This document shows positions 25,401 to 37,508 of a stretch of DNA of 64,000 nt, one piece after another. A program made the position numbers and the translations under genes. The stretch's first letter is position 1, and every line of letters begins with the position of its first letter. Source of the DNA: Podospora anserina (lineage: Eukaryota); contig CM030336.1 of NCBI GenBank assembly GCA_017654855.1, forward strand, positions 2,914,001 through 2,978,000, written 5' to 3'. Under the pieces are notes generated by a model. The model saw only the letters and a list, made by a program, of their open reading frames with translations. It had not been told where the DNA came from and did not search any database.

Positions 25401-28400
25401 TCGAGGCCGCGGCCCAACAAGCGAGTCTCACAGGGGCTGATGTTGAAAAGTTTGATCTGAGAAACCTGAAGATCAAGGAGCATCTCTTCGTCGAGGACGG
25501 CAAGGAGTTTGAGGTACTCCTCAACTTCCGAGCCTTGGACGGCGAGAAGGGCCACGAGTTCCGCATCACTTCTTACGAGGACAGTCGTGGATGGCTGGAG
25601 CATTGCACCGGTACTGTGCTGATGGATGTCGCTTCAAGGCGCCGTGCAGCTCCCAGAGATGCGTCTGTGCCCAGCGCCAGGACCGAGGCCATGAAGAAGC
25701 TCATCTCGGAAGCCGACAGCTCCTCGGCCTGCTCGTCGGCTGGATCCTCGCCTCCTTCATCAGCTACTTCCGACGCCGGCCATGGCAGCCACACCCCTGC
25801 AACGCCCACGCAGGACTGCAGTGATCAGGTCTGCAATACGTCTAGGAAGCTCAACGCGTTGGCGGGTGGTGGTGCCGAGATCTATGAGTCCCTGTCGGCG
25901 CTCGGCATGGGATTCCCCAAGTCTTTCAAGTCTGTTGTCGATGTCAGCATCAACAGGACCAAGATCGTGGCCAACTGTTGCACCCGTGATACCGCCGCGG
26001 ATATGCCCGTGGACTTTGAGACGCCCTTCCAGATTCATCCCTCGGTCTTGGACGCTATGCTGCAGGTGCCACTGCTCAACCTAAAGTCGACAGAGGACGG
26101 CATACCCACAGCCCATCTTCCCGTCGCCATCCGTCATGTCACTGTCCGCACGCCCTGGAAGAAGAGGGCCAACGACACGTTTTGCATTCACTGCAACCTG
26201 GAGCCAAAGACGGCGACATTCATGGTGGAGGTCTTCAGTGGCGCCAGCTCTGGAGCTGCTGCTATTTCCATGTCAGGGCTCGTGATGAAGGCGGTCAGGA
26301 CTGGCCAGAAAGACACTAAAGCGCCCAGGGAGTTGTGTTTCCAGTATAAATGGCAGCCGTTTGCTCAAGCCAAGTGCAAGGGGCATTCAAGCGACGAAAA
26401 GACGAAGAAAAGGTCTGACTCCGACATCGTCATTGTAACAGAAGAGGAGAATGACCCCTTAGTTTCGGCACTGTGCCACGCCATCGAGGCCAGTACCGGG
26501 CTGTCTCCCAGAGTTTCTTCCATGGACAGCCTGTCCGACTTCGGCTCAAAGTTCCTGGTTCTCTCAGACCTGAAGGGCCCCGTGCTGCCCAATCTCTTAG
26601 CCTCGCGTCTCGAGCAGATTAAGTCTCTTCTGACCATCTCGCCTGGACTTATCTGGATCACCCGTGGCGCCACACGATTCCCCACGAACCCCGAAGCCAA
26701 CATGGCGCTGGGTCTCATTCGTACGGCGCGTTCGGAGAGGAGCGCCGTGGCTTCCAGCTTGGATCTGGATCCCAAGAGCAAGCTGTCCGCTGATGAGCAA
26801 GCCAGCCTCATCTTCGAAGCACTGAGGGAATCTGTCCTGTCGGAAGAGGAGGCAGAGAAGGAAATGGAGTTTGCGGAAGAGCAGGGCCAGCTCGTCGTTC
26901 CACGCATCAAGGTCGACGAGAAGCTCAACCTGGACGTGCACCGCAGCCTCGGCCCTTCAGCCTCCTACCTCCAAAACTTCCACCAACCCGGCCGCCAATT
27001 ACGCCTGGCACCGCACAGCTCCGAGTCTTTTGATGACATGTACTTTGAGGATTGCCCAGAGACAGCCTTGGGCGAGGACGAGATCGAGATTGCTGTGGTT
27101 GCCTCGGCGCTTAGCAAGGACGATGCCGACAAGGCTGAGACTCACGATGCCGAATCCAAGATTGTGCGCAGCTGTAGTGGCACCATCACGCGCCTCGGAA
27201 CGGGCGTGAGGAACTTTGCGCAAGGAACCAGGGTGTGCGCGCTGGCATTGGGCCCTTTTGGCACACATGCCCGAGCAAGAACATCAAGCGCTGTCGCCAT
27301 CCCGGCTGGCCTCAGCATGGAAAACGCGGCCATCATCCCTGCTGCCTACGCTGCTGCCCATTATGCCTTGGTAGATCTCGCCAAGCTTCATCCGAGCGAG
27401 AGAATCCTGATCCAGCTAGCAGGCCCGGCGGGTCTTGCTGCCGTCGAAGTGGCCCGCCATTTGGGAGCGTCGGCCTACGTCATGGTTCAAAACGATGACG
27501 AAGCCGCGACAGCAAAGAGGGCAGGTGTCCCGAGGGAGCGTGTGTTGAATGCTCACAGCATTTATCTCCGTCGGCAGCTGGAGGAGGCGACGATGGGTGA
27601 AGGCATGGACGTTGTCCTGACACTATCCGGCAACGAGACCAATGTTGCTTGGGAATGCCTTGCTGACTTTGGACGCTTTGTTGAGATCCGAACGTCAGCC
27701 ACCCATGCCAATACGAGGCCAGGGCTTGGGGACAACGCTACCTTCACCTCGCTCAACATGGCAAGCGTGGCAGCTGCCAGACCAAAGGCAATGGAGCGTA
27801 CTCTCAAGGCGGTTGTCGACAACATCGCCAGTGGTGTGATCAAAGCGCCTTCGGATGCCACCATTCTTCCCGTCTCAGAGCTCTCGAGGGGCATGGAGAT
27901 GGTGCACAATCGCGCGGCGCACCCCGTCGTCGTGGTTGCCGGACCCAAGGAACAGGTCAAGGCCATGCACCAGATATCCAAGAGCATCTTCCGCAGGGAC
28001 GGCACCCACGTCATCGTAGGTGGTACTGGCGGTCTGGGCCGATCCATGGCCAAATTCATGATCCAGCATGGCGCTCGCAGCATAGTGCTGCTATCGCGCA
28101 GTGGGATTGGCAAGGAGATGGTTGATCAGCTCCAGAAAGAGGCCAACTGCCCTGATGCGCGTGTGTTGGTGAAGAAGTGCGACGCCAGTGACGAACAGCA
28201 AGTGAAACAGCTTGTGGCCGAGTGCTCCAAATCCCTCCCTCCCATCTGCGGTGTCATTCATGCAGCAATGGTCCTTCGTGTAAGTAACTCCAAAAGTCAC
28301 TAAACTCCTCTGCACAAGCTAACAACGACGCAGGATGTGTTGCTGGAAGGCATGACACACGAAGACTACACTCAGGTCATCCGGCCAAAGGTAGCAGGAA

Positions 28401-29152
28401 CCTGGAACATCCACAACGTGCTCCAGTCGCAGTCCATTTCCCTTGACTACTTTGTCGTCCTCTCATCGGCGTCTGGCATTCTTGGATCTCGTGGCCAGGG
28501 CGCTTACGCCGCGGCCAACACCTTTCTCGACGCGTTTGTGCAGCACAGACAACTCAACGGTCTGCCTGGCACCTCGCTCGATCTGACAGCCGTCACGGGT
28601 GCAGGATATCTTGCCGAGAACGCGGAGCGCAGCGAGGACATCATCCGCAACTTTGGACATGAGACGGTCTCAGAGGAGGAGGTCCTTGCCCTGCTTTCGG
28701 CTGCGGTTCGAGGAGAATGCCCGGCGCAATGCCTGACTGGTCTCAAGCTGCACCTCGGCGCTGATGGCGGTTGGCCCTACTATGCTTCGGATCCGCGCTT
28801 CACCGAGCTCAAGGCCGAATGTCTTGCGGCCGCCGAGCGTGAGGGCTTGATGCCGAAGCAGACCATTTCCCCAGGAAATGCATTCCGTGCGGCCAGCAGT
28901 GACGAAGAGGCGGCCAACATCGCCGGCCAAGGTATCCTACAGAAGCTGTCGGAAGTGCTGACGGTTGACATTCAAGATCTCGACGTGGCGAGGAACATCA
29001 CCAGCTACGGATTGGACTCACTGACTGCCATTGAATTGCGAAACTGGATCGCCAAGGAGTTCCGAGCCAACTTGCAGATCTTGGAGTTGTTGAGCAGCGG
29101 GACCATCAACGACCTTGCTGCGCTGACTGTTCAAAAGACGAGGACGGCGTGA
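22432..29152 (+). CDS. Iterative type I reducing polyketide synthase KS-AT-DH-ER-KR-ACP (DH and ER motifs degenerate, no intact methyltransferase motif seen)
   Basis: Introns 22712-22769 and 28280-28333; KS DTACSSS/EAHGTGT/KPNVGHLE; AT GHSSGE and AYHS; KR GGTGGLG and YAAAN; ACP GLDSL. Confidence 0.95.
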
Positions 29153-29932
29153 AGATCTTGAAAACGAAATTGTTGTCGGTTTTGGTAGTGATATTTATCC
29201 CTTTTTATTGGTCTTGGGATTTAGTCTTGTATTTTCCTCGACTTGTTGTTTGGTCTCTTTGTATTAGCGTTGATTCGTACTGGCATGTTTTGTGGATATC
29301 ATGTTGACGTGAAGGAATTTGAAGCCAGGGAAATGGGCGAAATGGATTCAAACCAACCATCGTGTATGTTGTAGACTGCCTGTCTTTGAGCGCTGGACGC
29401 GCCGCTTGTATTCGGTCGTTGTTGCGAGAGACATTCCTAATACATGTAGTGCTGTCAGCTGTGAATGTGATTCTGATGTTTGACGACGCTGCGGTTCGGG
29501 GTCTTGGCGGAGGACAGAACCCAATTGGGCAGCGACACCAAAAACCAAGCAGCCCGCTGAATGGGCCCAAGCTCCACGGCTCCCTCACTCAACCACCGGG
29601 ACCGACCCCACTGGCGGGACTGGGGCAATTTTGGACGCAATGGACAGTGGTGCAACGATTCAGATAAAGCAATGAGCTGTGGGTTGTGACTCTGTGCTAA
29701 GGGACGGCTTTTCTGGAACTGTTTTCTTTATGTCCCTTGGATGCAACAGGATCCGTCCGCTTTCTTCACAACACCAGCCCCAACACCCAACACAGCGCCG
29801 TGGTGCTTACTTCTAGCAGTGGGGGGGAGGCAACGTCACCTCGTCTCTCCACGATCCAGCGCCCCAAGTCTACCACATCAGGCAAACCACCAAAACACCA
29901 GGCTGCTTCCCGAACATAGGTACTCGCAAGTC

Positions 29933-31936
29933 ATGGCAGCTGGACCGCGTGCCGAGGCAAGGTCTCTGGCCGACATCAACTACATCGCTGCAAATCCTCC
30001 GCAATATCCCCACCATCCCGAAGTCAAAGAATCCCTCACGCTGTACATCTCCAGAGTCCCCGGTACAAAAGGTTTGTACGGTTTCTTCTTTTATTGTGAC
30101 TGCTTTGCTAATCTGGAACCTTGCCTCTTAGATGTGGTACTCTCTACCATGAGGCCGCATAGGAAGAATGTGACAGGTGAAGACATAGCGAATTCTCTCT
30201 ATTACATCCACATGGAGCGACCAGAGGATATGCCACCACCCATGCCACCACGACCAAAGAGTAATGTGTTGAGTTCCACGAGGTCCAGTGGGGAGAGTGC
30301 TAGGAGCACGATTCCGAGGAAGCCGTTGCCTACATCCGCGAGAGTTCTGAGGCCGGAAAGCTTGTCGTCAACGGGGGAACCAGGTCCAGTTCCAGTGCTC
30401 TCACCAACCCCAACTCCCCATATCCCTCAGTACAAGCCTTACCGACCAGAGACTGGCCCATCTCCAATATCAGAAAACCAAAATCCCGCCGACGAGTCAC
30501 TCGATTCATATAGGCCAAACCCCATGTTTCGAAAACGCCTATCGGGGGGCTCGCCTGAGCCGCCCCCGCCCCCTCCTCACTTGACGACAGTGTCTTCATC
30601 CTCACCACTAGCGGGTCTCGATCATGTTGAAGATAATGTTGCACCTGCACTTTACTCTTCAAGTGCAGCCCGACCAAGCACACCGAGTCAACCTCCTGCA
30701 CAGCAACCTCCGCAGCGAGTGGCATCTCCTTTGTCGTATAGCCAAGGACAACATCCCACGTCACCTAGGCACATGCATCGGCGACCTTCTTCGGTTTCTT
30801 TTTATCTGACCATAATTCGCAGAGATCCGAGTTCTGGATCCCAGGTCAATGTAGGACAGGTGTCGTCTTTTGCCACCAATATTCCTCCACCGTCGCAGGC
30901 AGACCCGAGCCTCAACCCAGAGGACATGGGGTCCGGGTGGAAGTCTCAAAATATTGATATTCGCATTGACACTTCGGGATATGCAAAGTACAGAGGGATG
31001 CCCAGCCGGGCTGCTGCCGAAACCCAGGCTCTCCAGGCACTCACTTCAACGGGCCAGCCGCATTCGTTCTCACAAATGGTGCAGAGTGGACAGAGAGCGC
31101 GCAGTGACAGTGGTGCGCGGGGGATGGCTCCTCCCCCCCAAGACGGATTTCACAGACAGGTTGTCATGGCTTATGGAGCTGGTTGGAAAGCGGGCTTTAA
31201 AAAGGCGTTCCACCGACGAGAGAGGCGGGAGAGCATTAGCCCAGAAGGCGTGCAGTCGTCCGAAGAGCCCAGCGCACCCAAGGCATCCCATACCAGGCAG
31301 AGGAGCTCCTCCACGATTGGATCCAATCACTCTGGGTCAGGCGAGGAGCAGGGCGGAATCATCACTCACCCTGGACCAGGGTTGCGGCCCAAAGGATACA
31401 CCTTTCTGTCACCGTGGGAAGGGCGCTGTGAGTTCCGCACCAGCACCAGCGGGCGCTCCCTCAAGCTCCGCCATGTGCTCGACTCTACCACCAAGTTCCA
31501 GTTCGATCCTCGGGAGGTGGCGCAGAGCATCCAAAACGCACAGGCTATGGGCCGGTCGAGGGGCGATGAGCTCCAGGCTGCCCTTTTGGGCACGAAACCG
31601 GTTAGTGAGTTGAGGTTCAACCTGCCCAACGGCGGCGACTTCTTTGGGGCTCGTCGAAATGATGCCGACAAGGACAACCGGGCAAGCCGACTGTCGAAAC
31701 AGTTTAGCAGTCTACTGCACCATCAAAATACAAGGAGCAGCGACGAGGATGAATGGAGTGATGAGGATGAGATGGATCTTAGCCTTGGCAAAGAGAACGC
31801 TGGAGGTGGGAGCAGTGGAAAGAAGGTCAAGCTTGGGAAGCTTATTATCCATGATGAAGGGCTCAAGATGCTGGATCTGGTGGTGGCAGCCAACATGGGG
31901 GTGTGGTGGACAACGTGGGGCAAGATTGATCAATAA
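29933..31936 (+). CDS. Conserved fungal Pro/Ser-rich protein of unknown function
   Basis: Long ORF with in-frame intron ~30072-30131; blocks LTLYISRVPG, LTIIRRDPSSGSQ, GYTFLSPWEGRCEF, LGKLIIHDEGLKMLDLVVAANMGVWW; start uncertain (29741 possible). Confidence 0.75.
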   Translation: MAAGPRAEARSLADINYIAANPPQYPHHPEVKESLTLYISRVPGTKGLYGFFFYCDCFANLEPCLLDVVLSTMRPHRKNVTGEDIANSLYYIHMERPEDMPPPMPPRPKSNVLSSTRSSGESARSTIPRKPLPTSARVLRPESLSSTGEPGPVPVLSPTPTPHIPQYKPYRPETGPSPISENQNPADESLDSYRPNPMFRKRLSGGSPEPPPPPPHLTTVSSSSPLAGLDHVEDNVAPALYSSSAARPSTPSQPPAQQPPQRVASPLSYSQGQHPTSPRHMHRRPSSVSFYLTIIRRDPSSGSQVNVGQVSSFATNIPPPSQADPSLNPEDMGSGWKSQNIDIRIDTSGYAKYRGMPSRAAAETQALQALTSTGQPHSFSQMVQSGQRARSDSGARGMAPPPQDGFHRQVVMAYGAGWKAGFKKAFHRRERRESISPEGVQSSEEPSAPKASHTRQRSSSTIGSNHSGSGEEQGGIITHPGPGLRPKGYTFLSPWEGRCEFRTSTSGRSLKLRHVLDSTTKFQFDPREVAQSIQNAQAMGRSRGDELQAALLGTKPVSELRFNLPNGGDFFGARRNDADKDNRASRLSKQFSSLLHHQNTRSSDEDEWSDEDEMDLSLGKENAGGGSSGKKVKLGKLIIHDEGLKMLDLVVAANMGVWWTTWGKIDQ

Positions 31937-32418
31937 AGGAACTTGGCGCACAGCGAGACATTTAGACAAAATATACCCCTTTTTAGTTTCATCATCATCA
32001 TGCATTGGAAGTCTCACGTGAGACGCACGTGAATGGACCTTTGGTGGCCGGGCCCCACATGCTGACGGGGCAGCAAATCAGAAGCTGGGAAATGTAATCA
32101 TGCGGTGGGGTGGTCCAAGCGCCGGCAGCTCCAAAATGTCAACTCCCATGACCCAAAGCTCCAGGGATATCGAGACGACGTCAAGCGCCACCGGGGAGCT
32201 CTGTCAACCTCGCCTCCGCCACCCCACTCTCAATACTTCTGCTGTCGGTGTCGCGACCGCACTTTTTGCAGCAGCGTGCAGGCCCAATTGACCTGATCGC
32301 CAGTTTCCTTTCGGCACCAGCCTCTTAGTCGTCCCCGCGACGGTCTCTCGAAGCACCAAAAGTCCCTCCCAGCTTGCCAACACCCCTCGAACCCAGCGAC
32401 CGAATCGACGTTGACACC

Positions 32419-33341
32419 ATGCTTTCCAATACCACCATTGCGGCCCGCCCTCTGGTGCGCGCAGTTCGCGCCGTCGCCCCCTCTTCCACAGTCATCTCTC
32501 AGGTTGTCGCCAGGAGAACGTATGCGACACCGGCTGGGCCCCCGCCCAAGAACTTCCGTCTGCCGCCCCCCAAGACGTGGGAACAGGAGTCCGAGAGCAC
32601 CTTCGACAAGCTTGGAAAGTACTTTTTGATGACGGAGATGATGAGGGGGATGTACGTGCTCATGGAGCAGTTCTTCAGGCCACCGTGAGTGTTTGTCCCT
32701 GGACGGGTAGCTGGGTGTGGGCAGCGGGGCTGACAGAGGTCGACTTGAACAGGTACACGATCTACTACCCATTCGAAAAGGTGCGTTATACAGCTGGCTG
32801 TCAAGAGGGTAGGGCTTGGGAAGATACGATTAGAGAATACCAGAGCCTGGGCGGTCATGGATGAGAGCGGGAAGGGCGATGCGCATTTCATGAGGCCAGA
32901 CCGGCTGACAGCAGCAGGGCCCCATTTCTCCCCGTTTCCGCGGTGAGCACGCTCTCCGGAGATACCCCTCGGGTGAGGAGCGTTGCATTGCCTGCAAGCT
33001 TTGCGAGGCTGTCTGCCCAGCGCAAGCCATCACCATCGAGGCTGAAGAGCGTGCGGACGGTTCCCGCCGCACCACCCGCTACGACATTGACATGACCAAG
33101 TGCATTTACTGCGGTTTCTGCCAGGAGTCTTGCCCTGTCGACGCCATTGTCGAGTCTCCCAATGCCGAGTACGCCACCGAGACCCGCGAGGAGCTGCTTT
33201 ACAACAAGGGTGGGTTCCTCCTCACTGTCTCATTCAAGGGAAAGCTTGGGCTAATTGTGCACAGAGAAATTGCTTTCCAACGGAGACAAGTGGGAGCCGG
33301 AGCTGGCTGCGGCTATCAGGGCGGACTCTCCCTACCGGTAA
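32419..33341 (+). CDS. NDUFS8: NADH:ubiquinone oxidoreductase 23 kDa (TYKY/NDUFS8) Fe-S subunit, mitochondrial
   Basis: Four exons; [25 protein letters not shown]; two [4Fe-4S] motifs [12 protein letters not shown] and [12 protein letters not shown]. Confidence 0.97.
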
Positions 33342-33786
33342 AGATGGGTGTAGAGGAAATCAAGGTGCTCTTGCGGATGGTTAGATGTTGGCTCAGAAGA
33401 CCTGTAAATAGTGTTATACATATGTCCCACCACCCAAAAGTTATGTTTTTTGTCCCGTGCTGTCCCAGTCTCAAATGCTGAGGCCATTGCCATGCGTCAT
33501 GGCGCATGTCACGTGATGCAGTGCACAGACCGGGTGCAAAGCTGGAGCTGTCCGTCCCGCAGTGCCGCAGCACCGAAAGCTGCCAGAGAGTTTAACGCAT
33601 CCCGACGCTTGCCATTCCCAGGCGAGAAATTTATCATCAAGCAGACCTCTAACCGTCACACCACCACCACCCCCCGCCGAACGTCTCCGCCGTCAATTGC
33701 CTCGACCACCCGGCCCACTTCCACCGGCCACACACCAACCCCCGCGAGCTTTCACTCCTTTCCAGTCCAACCAACCTCCCGCCAAA

Positions 33787-34520
33787 ATGTTCCGCACCGC
33801 CGTCCTCCGGTCCGTCGCTCTTGCGTCGCGGACCGCCGCTGTTCGCTCTGCCGCTGCCCACTCCCTCAGATTAGCCGCCCCCTCTGCGGCCAAGAGCTTC
33901 GTCCCCAAGGCCTCTGCCAGCTGGGCTCTTCAAATGCGGGGTTATGCGTCGGGTGGTGGTCTCACAAAGCAGGAGGTCTACGAGAGAATCAAGGAGCTTC
34001 TGTCTGGGTTTGACAAGGTGCTTTTTGTCCTGCATTTGGGTTCTTGTTTCTGGTCATGGAGAGGTGCTAACAGTGGCTTTTTTGCTGCAGGTCAACAACC
34101 CCGAGAACGTGAGTGCTATGGCCGGCAACAACCCATGGTTGTCGAAATGTGTGGAGGAGTTGGAGGAGAAGGAGGAGGAATGATATATGGCCTTGGAGAA
34201 TGGGAGCTGACGGGTGGCTTAGATTACGGAAACCGCCCACTTCGCCAATGACCTCGGGTTGGACAGCTTGGATACCGTTGAGGTTGTGATGGCTATTGAG
34301 GAGGTATGGATGACCCCTGCCCCTCTTTGCTGTGACGTGGGAAGGGATACTAACGACATGGGCAACAGGAGTTCAGCATTGAGATCCCCGATAAGGATGC
34401 CGACACCATTCACAGTGGTATGTAGCCCATACCCATTGCAAGCTGATGATTCTAACCTGTATGATGTCAACAGTTGACAAGGCCGTCGAGTATATCACCT
34501 CCCAGCCTGATGCTAATTAA
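33787..34520 (+). CDS. ACP1: Mitochondrial acyl carrier protein (NDUFAB1/ACP1)
   Basis: Arg/Ala/Ser presequence MFRTAVLRS; five exons including an 18-nt micro-exon; FANDLGLDSLDTVEVVMAIEE|EFSIEIPDKDAD. Confidence 0.95.
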
Positions 34521-35542
34521 GCAGTTGTTGCCGGCTTAATAATGGATGGGGGAAAAACAACCACATAGAGCACCAACAATTGTATTTTGTATTTGGGCCG
34601 TTTCTTGTCGCCGCCATTGCCGCCTGTCCCGCCTTGTACCATACTCACAACTCATTTCATGTATCACAATACAGTTACCAAGTCTCGAGATGGTACTTAC
34701 ATAGCATCTATGGAACAGAGGAACTGCTATTGCCTGGGGCTGGTGAGCATCAAGCCATGAAGGGGTAGGAGGAATCTGTCCAGTCGCATGTCTTTTGCGA
34801 TTCAAGCCGATCAGCAAAGCTGCCAAAGGCTGTCTATCTTGGACATGTCTGTTTATGTCTGTTCGATTCTGTATAAATATCTCTAGGTATCCAACCTGCA
34901 TGGCAAGAAACCCATGTTGGCATCCAGAGGGCCCAGACTCTACTTCACCGCCAACCAGCTCTTGGTTATTCTCTGCTTCCATGTACTGAGCGATCTACTG
35001 CCTCTGTATTACATATACTGCCATTACATTTATCCTTGTCGATACCTATCCTCGAAGTTTCTCACGTGGCCACACCAACACCGCAACTTCAACCAGAAAG
35101 GAAACGGATTTGGGAGTCGAGATGCATGTGTGATATGTTTCCTGGGAGAGCAACGACAACGTTGTGGTAAAACACTCCTGAAAAAGAACTCGAGAGCCTG
35201 CAAAGAACGAGTAAAAACAAAACACCGCCCCGACCGATTTCCTACACCGTACATATCCAGACAAAAGAGAGTGATACAAAGAAACAAGATGGCTATACCC
35301 ACAAGTCAAATCCTGACAGTGTCAGGCAATTGGTGTCGAGATGTATGCCTCCCTCAAGAGTGACCTAACCACACCACGCTATGCCCCTTGAGATCCTTGC
35401 TGCAGCTATATATGTAAAAAGTACGCTGCAGACGATGCAATTCCTTTGTTATCATGCTCCGCTTCAACGTTGGTCTATTCCCTTGCCTTTTTTTCTTTTG
35501 CTCTTTTTGTGCCTACCAACCCAAACTCCTGAAGCCAAAGCA

Positions 35543-37508
35543 TTATCTTCCACCGACCGCTTCAACAGCACCAGTGCCGCTGTTGCCTTCGCCGTTGGCC
35601 CCGGCAGATCTGTTATTGGCAACGACCGTGGCGTAGCTGTTGGACCAGGCAGCGGCACTCAGAGGGCTGGCAGTACTGTTCACTTGTTGGTTTCCGGTTC
35701 CGCGCTTGCGAGCCCTCGCCTGGGCATCATCTTCGTCGTCCATGCTGAACACAAATGCGGCCTCCTCTTCATCCATTGGGGACTTGAAGCGCCCAGTAGC
35801 GCTCGAACCTATTGAGGTGCTGCTGACATGTCTTGCCAGCCCCCCATCCTTATCCCTGGATTCGCCAATGACGCCTGCTCCGTTGGCATTGCGTGGAACA
35901 TTGGGCCGGATATGGGGGCTTGAATCAGCCGAACCGTCGTCGGACAGCTGGGTGTCTCGAAGCTGCTGAGTCAGGGCCGACACTCCCACCGTGTTTCCAT
36001 CCAGCCCTGATGTGATGGCGCTGGCAAGGCTCGAGTTTCGGAGCGGGCTTCCCACATGGCCGAATGCCGAGGCGTGCTTAAAAGACCGGCCCGTCTCCGG
36101 GTGGCCGTCATCCTCCTTTTGCCTCCCCCACAACGGACCCCAGCGGCCAGGGCTGGAAGGTTGAATGGGAGTGCCGAACTTGGTGATGGGGGCAGGCGGG
36201 CAGGATTCAGCGATCGTCTCACGGTTGAGGGCGTCCATGCCACGGATTGTGTTGGTTGTAGAGCCCCTCCTCGCCCTCTCTGTCGGCGTCAGCACCTCGT
36301 TGGCCAGCGTGCCTGGCACATAATCTTCCTCAAAGAGGAACTGCTCGGAATCATCCCAATCCATGTCGACTTTGGGCACGCTGCTGCTCATCATGCGGAT
36401 CTTGGCGAATCGCGAAGCGTTGCTGTGCATAGGCCGCTTTCCAAAGTACTCATCACCACCCAGCGCCGAGCTGAATCCAAGAGAACCGGAAGGCGGGCTG
36501 CTACCAAAGCCTGAGATGTCCTGTGTTGCAAGTCCTGACGGTGACAGGTGGCTGTTTCCAAAGGCAGACGCGTGCAAGTGCCTCAACGCATCCGAAGTAC
36601 GACCACTCTTGGCGGCACTGAGCGAGGAGGAAGGCGAGTCCAATCCAAACTGGGCCGGGACTGAAGATGGCCAAGGACCGCCCCTGGCCGCATGTGAGAT
36701 CCCGTTGCTGTCGAATGACGCCGGGAGGGGAGCATCCAGCACCGAAAGTCCTTTGATGTTGGGAGAAAGACCCAGTCCAAAGCGGTTTGGCTCCTCGTCT
36801 CGTGGTGATCCGTAGGCGGAAGCAGGGTTGGAAGTGTACGAGGTGGTGTCGATCGTGGGCACGCCGCTTTCGAGAGCCAGCTGATGGCTGTAGAGTTCAT
36901 CTTGCAGCGCAAACGCCGTGGCGTTGTATGGAGAATCTGCGCGCATAAAAGAGTTGGTCAAGGCACTGCTGGCCGGCTGATGGTATGTCGTCGGGTTCAC
37001 GCGGGCACCGAGGGCGACTCCGGGGGGAACACCTATCGTCACACCGTTCTTGCCATAGTTGATGCGGCGGCCATCGGGGAGCACATGGATATTGGCGCAC
37101 TTTGGGCCAAACTTGCAGTTGCCCTGCAGTCCGTCAGCTTATCAGTCCTCCCAAACACAAGTGTCGAGGGCGTACCTTGGCAAAGTACTTGCAAACGTTT
37201 TCGGCGGCCGAGCTCAGGTCGTGGCTAAAGGGGCATGCATTGCCTGCCTGGCAGGCGCCTTGTCGGAAGAACTTGCATGGGACGTGCGAGGTGTCTGTCA
37301 AGAGTAGTTGATGGGTCAGCAAGGGTTTGGAGGAAAGTGCTTCGCCATCGCAAAACCTACTGGGTGGGCTTCGTGATGCATCGAAGCGATGGGCGGCGGC
37401 GGGCATGGGAGCCATTATCCCACCACCACTCGAGTGACCGGCTTGTGGTGGAATGTTGAGACTGCCGGTGCGCATGTGGCGAAACTCGCCCAGGTTGGAC
37501 GTCGACAT
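35543..37508 (-). CDS. CCCH zinc-finger protein Cps3/Scp3/Lee1-like
   Basis: DTSHVPCKFFRQGACQAGNACPFSH and CKYFAK|GNCKFGPKCANIH fingers, then long Ser-rich tail with LDAPLPASFDSNG and FEEDYVP. Confidence 0.88.

Noticed and set aside
33787-34520. Stand-alone ACP near the PKS as part of the polyketide cluster
   Set aside because: It has a mitochondrial presequence and sits beside a complex I subunit; the PKS has its own ACP
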